IMG/VR virus record: IMGVR_UViG_3300027759_003534 | Coordinates: 64,001 to 128,000 of that record | Source of the DNA: a virus | DNA length: 64,000 nucleotides | Strand: one strand, 5' to 3' | In this document: positions 33,196 through 45,100 of the stretch, one piece after another | How the letters are laid out: each line of letters opens with the position of its first letter | Position numbering within the stretch: position 1 is the stretch's first letter | Notes under the pieces: generated by a model | What the model saw: the letters and a program-made list of their open reading frames with translations, nothing else | What the model was told of the DNA's origin: nothing | Database searches by the model: none | Program-made: the position numbers and the translations under genes

Positions 33196-36100
33196 TGAAA
33201 CAAGTTCGCAGTGTAGATTTCCTACCAGAAATATTTCAAACACCGGTTAACAAACAATTTTTGTCTGCTACTCTGGATCAGTTGATTCAGAATCCAGAGT
33301 ATACCCAGACACAAGGATTTATTGGCCGTAGAGTTGGTCCTGGAGTTAATGCCAATGACCGGTATGTAGTTGAGCCCACCAAGACTCGCACAGACTATCA
33401 ACTAGAGCCAGGAGTAGTACAGGTTAATCCTGAAGATACTCGCAAAGTTGTGGATGCTATAACTTACCCTGGTATCACGAATGCACTTCAATTACAAGGG
33501 GCATTTACCAACAACGGTGATAGACTTTATACCAGTGACTATTATACCTGGGATCCATTTGTTGACTTTGATAAATTTATAAACTATGCCCAATACTATT
33601 GGGTTCCAGAGGGACCACTAGCAGTAGATGTGTCATCTACAGATATTCCGCTCACCGATAACTTCACAGTCACTAGAGCCAATGGAGTATATACGTTTTC
33701 GGGGATTGCTGGAGATAATCCAGCAATTACTTTGGTACGTGGTGGTAATTATACTTTTAATGTAGCCCAGAATCAAACAGAAACTGTAAACTTTCGTGTG
33801 ACTAACAACAATGCCAGTAGTTGGAACATAGATTTTTTACCAAACCCTACACTGACATTGACTCGTGGCAACACTTATGTGTTTAATCTATCACAATCGT
33901 TTCCTTGGGCATTTTATTTCAAAACAGAACTTAGCTTAGGCACAACCAATGTGTACTCAGATGGAGTATTCAACAACGGTGCCGCTAATGGTCTAATTAC
34001 ATTTACAGTGCCTCAAGATGCTCCGGATGTGTTGTTCTATTGCAATGATGTAGAAATAAACCTGCGTGGTCAACTTAATATTGTAGACGGTACACCCGGT
34101 ACTGGTCCTGGATTTTGGATACAAAGCGATCCTGGCGTTAATGGACGTGTGATTGCAACTCCTAACATTAGCAGTAGAGATGTGCTAGGTGTGAGCAACA
34201 ACGGCGAAGACCTTGGCACCGTTACTTTTGACGTGCCGCTAGCCACAGCTCAGAATTTTTATTACAACATGCCTAGCATTGGCACCGTGGATTTGGTTAC
34301 TAACTTACAATTTGATCAGATTAACAATCAATTCTTAGAACCATTTTTTGCGGCCAATCGCAATGGTATTGATGGCATTACAAATTTAGAAAATCGTACC
34401 ATAGCTTTTATTACACAGGATTCAAACCCCGATACCGGAGGATGGCAACAGACTACATTTTTTGATCCTTTGCTCAATGCAGGTAATGTACAAAGTGGAA
34501 TTGGATCGTTTGACTCTACTACTTTTTCTCAAACTACTGTTATTGCAGATCAGGCCACGCAATATAGCGTATGGCGCATACAGTATCTAACTGCTGAAGG
34601 CGGCGGTGGCATCTACATGTCATTGCAATTTGTAGAAAATGTAGATCTTAATAATAAATTTACAGTTGGGTTTGGTACCGAGTATTCCAGCACTGGTTGG
34701 TATAAAAATGCAGATGGTTTTTTTGAACAAATTCCGTTACTTACCGCTGACAAAAATGTTTTGTTTTATCAGGACGGCACTGATCCTGAAATAGTAGGAC
34801 GAATTAATTTAATTGATCTTGATATGTCAACTACCATTGATGTTGATGCTATCATTGGATCGCCTACTTACACCAGCCCTAATGGAGTAACTTTTACTAA
34901 TGGCATGAAGGTAGTGTTTCGTGGCAATGTTTACCCTACCGGTTATCGAAACAATGAATACTATGTAGAAGGAGTAGGCACAGCAATACAGTTATTATCT
35001 GTACTTGATTATGTTACTCCAGAGACTTATACCAACAGTCAAACAATACCATACGATTCAACACCATACGATTCTAACAATTTTGATGGAAATTTAAATC
35101 AGCCCACAGTGCCAGATTACTTGACCATCAACCGTGCTAGCCTAGATCTCAATGCTTGGACTCGAAGCAATCGTTGGTTCCATATTGACGTGATTACTGC
35201 CAGTGCTGAATATAATAACACAACGCCCGTAGTAAACAATTTATTCCGTGCTCGTAGACCTATCCTAGAATTCCGAGCCGGTACACGGTTGTTTGATTTT
35301 GGTACCGATGGCCTAGCACCAGTAGACATTATTGATACTGTACAAACCGATGCTATAACTAACGTCAACGGCGCTCTTGGTTACAGCACCGACGGCTACA
35401 CGTTAATCAACGGCAGTACAATTATTTTTGCTGCAGATACCGATCCAGAAGTGCGTAGAACAGTGTATGAAGTACAATTTGCTATTACCAACACCAATGC
35501 TGACGATTCTACCATTGTAGATGTGCCTGTGATTGTACTAATGCCTATTGCCACAGCACTAATAGATCAAACAACAGTGATCGTTAGTGGTAACACTGAA
35601 CAAGGATTGTCATATTACTATGATGGTGTGGCCTGGATTGAAGCACAACAAAAAATTAGTGTAAATCAACCTCCATTGTTTGACATCTATGACACTAACG
35701 GCATCAGCTTTGGCAATCGTGCTATCTATCCTAGCTCAAACTTTACAGGTAGCCCTTTATTCAGTTATGCCATAGGCAATGCTGATCCCGATTTGATACT
35801 AGGATTTCCACTGACCTATCTTAGTCTGACCAATATTGGTGACATTGTGTTTGACAATAATTTCTACAAGGATTCATTTAACTACACTATCAACAGCGCG
35901 GGACAAACAGTACCTCTTAGTACTGGCTTTGTGCGTGAATACAGTACTAGAGTTACATTTAACCGAGAAATTGGTTGGCAGACCGCAGTTACTCCTAGCC
36001 TGGTACGCCAGCAGTTTCAATTCACCTATGATGGCAACCCACTCTTGCTGGACGTGGCTGTTAATGCTAATACTATAGTTCCTGCTGTACAAATATATGC

Positions 36101-39100
36101 CAATGGACAATTTCAAGAGGCCTATAATTATCAGTACACAGTAGGCTCCAACACAACTACAATTAATTTGTTGACCATGTATGTACCCGGTGATTTAATT
36201 GAGGTAACAGTGCTAAGTGACCAAGTTAGCGCGGCTGGATTTTATGAAGTTCCTATTAATTTAGAAAACAATCCGCTAAACGGCAACAGTGATCAATTTA
36301 CATTAGGAACCATACGCAATCACTACATTGGACTTACAGAAAATCTCATAGCATTACAAGGTCCTCCTATTGGTGCAAACAACACTAGAGACCTAGGCAA
36401 TATCGTTCCTTACGGTTTACAAATATTACAACAGAGCTCACCGTTAACCTTAACTGGTTATTTCATGCGAGATGCCAACTATAATATATTTGCTTCTCTT
36501 GCCTACAACAGCACAGAATATATTAAATTTAAATCACAGTTGTTGAATGCTGTGACCACATTCAGTATTGCAGACTATGGCAATTGGACCGTGGCTAAAT
36601 TACTAGATCAGTCGATTGCACAAATTACAACAGGCAGAACTAATATAAATCCATTCTATTGGAGCGACATGTTGCCCACAGGCACAGTGTTTACTTCAAA
36701 TAGTTATACTGTTAATCCTATAACTACTAACAGATTTAACACAGAACAGACCTATGACTTTACCACTTCAAACTATAAAGGTCTTTGTGTTTATATTAAC
36801 AATATATTATTGACTCGTGATTACGGATATGTGGTCAGCATCGAAAGTTCTACGTTAACCATCCTATTACCATTAACAGTAGGTGATGTAGTTACCATCA
36901 ATGAATATGCTGATACGGCTGGTAATTTTGTTCCTAACACTCCTACCAAGCTAGGTCTATATCCTAAGTATGAACCTAAGATTTTCTTAGATGAAGATTA
37001 TGTAAATCCTACGCCAGTAATCCAAGGACACGATGGAAGTATTACTGTGGCCTTTGGCGACATTCGCGACCAAGTGCTATTGGAATTTGAACAACGTATT
37101 TTTAATAACCTTAAGAACGACGGTAACCCTCCTCCAGTAGTAGCCGAGGATGTAATTCCTGGATATTTCCGCACTACAGATTATACACAAGCCGAAGTTA
37201 ATCAGATCCTAGGTGAAAATTTCTTAGCCTGGGTAGGTGCCAACAAGTTAAACTATACCTCACAGACATATATAGCCGACAATGAGTTTACCTACAACTA
37301 CAGTCAGGCTGGCAACAGAATTGACCAACAACCGTTGTTAGGTGCCTGGCGCGGAATTTATCGTTGGTTCTACGATACCTTAACTCCAAATATCACGCCA
37401 TGGGAAATGTTGGGTCTGAGCGAACAACCTGACTGGTGGGAAAACACTTATGGTCCAGCGCCATACACCAGTGATAACTTGGTGTTGTGGGAAGATCTAG
37501 CAGCAGGGTTGATTAAGGATCCTGTTGCACCTTACATAAATCCCAAGTATATACGGGCAGGACTAACATCTGTAATTCCAGTTGATAGTCAAGGGCAATT
37601 ATTGCCACCGTTTTACAGTGTTATGGGGGCTTACAATCCCAACGGGTTTGTCAAGAGTTGGCAAGTAGGCGATGGCGGCCCTGTAGAAGCATCGTGGTGG
37701 TCCAGTTCAAGTTATCCATTTGCCATTATGCGCCTGCTGATCCTTACACGCCCAGCAGATTTCTTCAGCTTGTTTGCTGATCGTGATCTGTACAAGTACA
37801 GTGCAGAATTTGATCAATATCTTTATAACGGTCGCTATAGAATACAACCACAAAACATACAAGTCTACGGCAACGGCGTCAGCAAGGCCAGTTATATCAA
37901 CTGGATTATTGACTACAATCAACAGTTAGGTATTGATAGTACCGACGCCTTGACTACCGACCTAGCTAACCTAGATGTGCGCCTGTGCTATCGTGCTGCG
38001 TCATTTATTGCACAACAAAACTTGGCCATGTACCTGGAGAAAGGTAGCCCCAACAGCCAAAACAGCAGTTTATTGATTCCTCCTGAAAGTTACAACTTAT
38101 TGTTGTACAAAAATCAGCCATTCAACAGAATAGACTACAGTGCTGTGATTGTAGAAGTAGTTGATGGTGGGTACAGTGTGTATGGCTACAGTACCGTCAC
38201 TCCATATTTTTCAACTCTAGCTAGCCAAGTCACTGGACTTACACAAACATTAACAGGTGGAAACATATCAGTAACTGTTCCTAAACAATACACTGACCGC
38301 ACAATACAAATACCGTACGGCTATACCTTTACCAACTTGACTAGTGTGGTGGATTTTTTATTGAGCTACGGCCAGTACCTAGGCAGTCAAGGTCTTAGAT
38401 TTATCACTAGAGAAAATGGCTATACATTGGACTGGATTCAGATGGCCCAGGAATTCCTATACTTTGCTAACCAAGGTTGGGCTGACGGGACTATCATTAA
38501 CCTAAATCCATCTGCAACCCAAGTCATATCATTCCGTGCTGGTGCAGTGGTAGATTCCATTGTGACCTACACTCCAGAGAATTTGTTGTTGGATCAAAAT
38601 CGTCAGGCATTTAATGCTAGAAATTTGATTATTCAACGAGAAGGAAATACATTTAGATTAAATCCAGAACCTGGTGGAAGCCAAACTATCAATTATCTAC
38701 AGTTGAAATTCACTGATTATGAAGATATGGTGGTGCTAGACAATCGCACAATCTTTAACGATTTAATCTACAATACTGTCACAGGCGAAAGACAAAATCG
38801 TCTCAAGCTGATTGCGGCCACGAGCACTCAATGGAACGGTACCTTAAATGCCCAGGGATTTATATTAAATCAAAACAACGTAGTGGCATGGAAGGCCAAC
38901 ACCAAGTACACCAAAGGCGACATTGTCATTTACAAAAATAGTTATTGGCAGGCTGCAACAATTATACAGCCCAAACTCAAGTTTGAATATGCGGACTGGT
39001 ACAAGAGCAACTATGATGCTATACAACAAGGACTATTACAGAACTTGGCAACCAAGGCTGATCAGTTGGCCAACAGTTATAACACACAAACAGCCAATCT

Positions 39101-42100
39101 TAATAGAGACAATGACCTATTGGCCTACAACCTAATTGGTTTTACTCCAAGACAGTACATGGTGGATTTGAATTTAAGCGACACTAGTCAAATAAGTTTA
39201 TATCAACAATTTATTAAAACCAAAGGATCCACGCAGGCCACAGATTTGTTTACTCAGGTTGACTTTAATCCGTTAACCGCTCAATACAACATATATGAAA
39301 ATTGGGGTATTCTAGTCGGAACATACGGCGCACAAGCCAATCGAAGTTGGTTTGAAATTGCGCTTAATGAAGCAGTATTAACTGGCAATCCTAGCACAGT
39401 ACAAATTATTCAACCAGGCACTATAAGTCAGGCAGATCAGTCCATCCTGTTAAGCAATCTCTGGGCCGAAAGCTATGCAATACCCAATACCGACATCTTG
39501 CCTACAACCTACAACACCAATTCAGACACTGCTTTGCCAAGTGCAGGCTACGTCAACATCAATGACGTAGACATCACAGTATTCAATCTCAACAATCCTA
39601 GCAATATTGCTGCAAACCTCAGTACAGTTGGCAACGGCACTACAATTTGGGTGGCACAAGACAACAGCTACGACTGGAACATTTATCAATGTGCTCAAGT
39701 TACAGGTCGTGTAACACAGTTAACTGACAATCTCAACGGCACAAGCCGCGCACAGTTTAGCACCACCGTTGATCTTGCAGTAGGTGACTTAATAATTATT
39801 CGCTACTTCAGCGATGCAGTAGACGGTGTGTATCGTGTGTTGAGCCGCCCAACTATTGACAGTGTGGTCATCCAGTACGCATTTACTAACTCTAACCAGA
39901 CCACACTCACCGGAATAGGCATTGTATTTTACCTACAGACCATGCGTGTAAGCCAGGCCAGTGATGTTGGGACTTTACCTTATGTAAATCAACTCATACC
40001 CGGTGCCACAGCCTGGGTCGACAATGATGGGTCAGGCCGTTGGGAAGTAATACAAAAAACCAATCCGTTTGCGCCTATAGATACCCTGTCAGCAACCACC
40101 CCAGAAGCTAATTCATTGTTTGGCGCCAGTGTATCTCAAAGTGCTGATCGTTATGCTTTGTTAGTAGGTGCTCCTGCTGCTGCAAGCGGCTCAGGCGCAG
40201 TGTACACTTATCGTTTGGGTAACGTCAACGACTATGTTGAAAATACAGAACTATTACTGCTGGCCACAGACACTAGTGGATATGGATGCAGTGTAGACTT
40301 TGGTAATCGTACCTGGGCAGTGGCTGGTGCAAACACCAGTAACTCTGGCGCAGGATATGCCACAATACTTTACTTGATTCCTGGCACAAACGATTACGTA
40401 CAAACACAATTGTTAGTGGCACCAGACCAAGACTTTAGTGCCATTGGATTTGGAACCTCAGTCCAAATAAGCGACAACGAGCGTTGGATTTATATCAGTG
40501 CTCCTGGTGCAAATCAAGTGTATGCCTATGGACGAGTTGATGTTCCTAGTCAATCAGTATCTTACATTGCAAACGGAACAACGGCTACATTTGTTTACAA
40601 CAATAATATCATGATTGATTCAACATATCCTGACCAGTTGTTGGTGACTGTTAATAATAACCTGCAGGTGTATGGCACAGATTATACCATTAACGGTGTG
40701 CTGATTCAATTTTTAACTACGCCCGGTGCTAATAATACTGTACGTATCCAGCGCCGCACAGCAGTGCAACTGGATTTTGAAACTTATGTTGGAGTGACCC
40801 AAAGCAGTACTACCGGATCAGGATCTGGCTCTACATTTACTGTGACTAACACTCGCGGAGATTATTCAGTCAGCTTGACAGCACCTGGTATTAATTATGC
40901 AGTTGGTAATCAATTGACCATTAGTTACCTACAGGTTGATCCTGTTGGAAGTGCGGCCAACAATATCACTGTTACTGTGACTGCGGTTACCAGTGGTGGT
41001 ATCACTGGATTTACATGGACTGGTAGCGGTGTCAACAATACCGCAGTATTTTCTCTAACAAATTATTTGTACACAGTGACCACATATGATTCATTCCGTG
41101 TGAATGTCAACGGTGTACTACAACGTCCTTACATTGATTACACGTTCAGCAGTGGTACACTTACATTTGTTACTGTGCCTATACCAGGCGCCATCATTAC
41201 AGTACAGTCGGCTGAAGAGGGCGCATATTGGCAGTATGTAAATACTCTTGATTCCAATTATTATCCTATCACTGTAGATCCCAATGCTCAACTTGGACAT
41301 AGCCTCGCTACCAACATAGTAGGCACACAAATTTTAGTAGGCGCACCGTATGACAGTGCTGTAAATTCTGCCGGGGATACCATTGACAATGCAGGTGCGG
41401 TGTATGCATTTGATCGTAGTATAGTCAAGTACATAATCACCAATACCACACAACTGACCTATGCAATTCCTGGAGAATATACCAATCCTGTGGCAGTGGT
41501 ATTAAACAAACAATATCTAACCAATACAGCTCAATACATCAATGGTGAATTTACTGTGAGTGGAAGTGCTATTGTGCTGTCTAGTTCAGTGCCCTTAACT
41601 GTGGGCGACACGTTAGAAATTGAAACTAACCAATTCCAATTTGTGCAGAGATTCACAACCAATACCGTGATTGATGAATCACAATTTGGTCATAGCATAG
41701 ACATCTGTCCTAACAGTTGTAGTGTATATGTTGGCGCTCCATTGGATTCGTTTGCTAGTGGGGTTCCGCAAGCTGGAATGGTTCAACGTCAAGTAAATCA
41801 GTCAAGGGTATATGGCATAACCACCAGCACTGTGGCCAACCCTACTTTGACTGCTGGCGATACTATTCGTGTTAACCATACAGAAGTAACTGTACCCAAC
41901 AGCCCCAATAATACTGTGGCCGGGTTAGTAACCGCTATTAACTCTGCTGGTATACCCAATATTGTAGCAACCAACGCAACTAATGTTATATTAATCGGCG
42001 ACGGCGCAACAAAAATATTTAACATTGGCAACATTTATTCTGCTGCCAGTGCATATACCACAGTAGTCTACATTAATAATGCGTTACAAGTTGCTGGGAT

Positions 42101-45100
42101 GAACTACACCTACAACAACACTACACAACAAATTGCATTTGTATCAACTCCAGCATTAGGCGCAGAAATTTTAGTAGTAGCTGGCCGTATGACAGTAAGT
42201 GTGATCAATCTTGCAGCCTCTGAAGAATTTAACAAGCTCACTGTGTTACCTGGTGTGGCCGCAAATGATAGTACAATTGGGTCAGCATTTTATGATCTTG
42301 GCTTTGTAACCTATGCCTACACACAAACTATTACAAGCCCAGCACCTACAGACTTTGCACAATTTGGTGCCGCAGTGAATGTAAACACCGGTGCTGTAAA
42401 TTTAGTAGTAGGCGCACCTAATGGCAACGTGTACGAACCAACCACCTTTGATGCTGGCGAAACTTATTTTGATGATCGTAGCACTACGTTCTTTGGATAC
42501 ATTCGTAATTCTGGAGTGGTATTTACATATGATTTCTTGCCTAGCGCCGACGGCAGTATATCTAATCCAGGACAGTTTGTATTTGGACAACAAGTTTATG
42601 TGACTACTTTGGCCACTGGAGATCTATTTGGTACAGCAGTCAACTATCGAAATGGTAGATTACTAGTAGGTGCACCAGGCAGCGACCTGGGCGATAGCAG
42701 TGTAAACTATGGCAGTGTATCAGTATTAAACAATGCCAATGACGCCGCAGTATGGCAGGTACTCTATGCTCAACAACCTGTAGTTGATGTAAATTTAATC
42801 AATTCAGTTTATTCATATGATAAACTACTGAACAGCACACAGACCTACTTTGACTATATTGATCCGTTACAAGGCAAAATCCTGGGTGTGGCTCGTAGAA
42901 ACATTGACTACATTGGTGCAGTTGATCCGGCTAGTTACAACACTGGAACAGTACATAACATAGGCACCAGCTGGGGACCAGCACACGAAGGCGAGATCTG
43001 GTGGGATACCAATTCAGTTAGATTTATTAACGCCAATCAAGACAATATAGATTATGCCAGCCGCAGATGGGGTCAAGTATTTCCAGGCAGTACTATTAAT
43101 ATCTATCAGTGGACTGCTAGCTCAGTGCCGCCTGTAAACTACACAGGCACAGGCATACCACTTAGTACCACTAGTTATACTGTTTACTCGTCCGTTGACA
43201 ATCAAGGCTTGTTAATTACAACTTATTATTTTTGGGTAGTTGGAATCAATACCGTGGCAACCACACACGGCAAAACTCTAAGTGCCACAGCCATTGCTAG
43301 TTATATTTTAAATCCTAGCAGCAGTGGCTTGCCCTACATAGCTGCCTTGTCTGCCAACTCTGTTGCTATTTACAATGCTGACACTCTGCTGTCAGCATTT
43401 GATACTATATTACATATTGAGTATGACCGTCAAGCACCTGGTGGCGACAATGACATACACACAGAATATGCGTTTATTGCTGACGGCCAAGCTGATGCAT
43501 TTTTAAATGCAAATTTATATCGTAAATTCCTAGACAGCTTCTGTGGTGCAACCGTCACAGGTGCTGCTGTACCAGATCCTCTGTTAAGCCCAGGCATACA
43601 GTATGGCGTACAGTTCCGCCCACGCCAGAGCATGTTTGCCAACCGCTTTAAAGCACTTGAAAATTATTTAGGTTATGCTAATACTGTACTGGCACAATAT
43701 CCTATAAGTGAAACTCGCAGTTTCCGTTTGTTAAACAGCAGCGAACCCACTCCAGCAGTCAACTCTGGTGCTTGGAATTATGAAGTGGCTACGCTGGAAA
43801 TATTGGCCTACCAAGATCTTTATGTAGTACCCATTGGATATCTATATTTAGTGTTATCTGACACCAGCCAAGATGGACGTTGGACCATATACGAAGTTGC
43901 TCTTGGCACCTTGCCCGGTGAACGTGTATTAAATCTAGTGCAGGTACAAAACTATGACACTCCACTATATTGGAATTACATCAACTGGTACCTGCCCGGA
44001 TACAATAGCAGTATTCAACCTGTTGCCACTGTGGCCAACACAGCTGGCTTACAAACATTAAGCCTAACACAAGCACCTGTGGGCGGCAGTGTCAAAGTTA
44101 CTGCAAACGGTCAAGGCAAATTTGAAATTTATTTACGTACCACTCTTGGTTTTGACCGTGTGGGACTTGAAGATGGAACCATTAAGTTTAGTTCAGTGCT
44201 GTGGGATTATGCCGCAGGCGGATACGGATTTGATGCTGAAGTATTTGATGCAAATTATTTTGATCAAGAACCTGTACTTGAAACTCGTCAAATTATCAAA
44301 GCCATCAATGAAGAACTGTTCATTGACGATTTACTTATCAATCGCAACCAAGCATTGATCCTGGCATTTAAATTTATCTACAGCGAATTTACTAGCCCCA
44401 ACTGGTTGTTTAAATCCAGCTACATCAACGTAGATCATGTGATCCGTGGCCTGTTGCCATATGAACTTTATCAACCAGACAACCAAACTTTTGTGTTGGA
44501 TTATCTCAACGAGGTCAAGCCATACCACGTACAAAATCTTGCGTTTAATCTAATCTATGATGGCATTGACACTTATCCGGGTGCATTAACTGACTATGAT
44601 GTCCCAGCCTACTGGAATACCACGCTAGCCCTCCCACAGTTTATAAGTCCTGTATTAACTCCATACACTTATAGCGACAGTGTAAACCAATCGTTCACCA
44701 GTGATACTGCTAGTAATGCACAGATATGGTTAGAACGTCCGTGGAGCGACTGGGTCAATAACTATACATTAAACGTAGACAGCATTGATGTAATTGATAC
44801 CACAACTACATATACCATAGTACCGGTTATAACTATTGGTGCTGAATGGACTGCTGATACCGCATACACTGTTGGGGAGCAAATTGCTTATCGTAACAAT
44901 CTCTATACTGTAACTGTGGCTGGAACCACCAGCAACACTGCACCAACAATTACCTTAGGAAGCGTAGTCAACGGCACTGCAACTTTAACTTACACAGGAC
45001 CACGTGCCCAAGCCTCAGCCGTTCTTAGAGCAAACGGCACCATTGCCACGGTTACAATAACCGTACACGGATCTGGTTATTTGACTACTCCATTAATTGC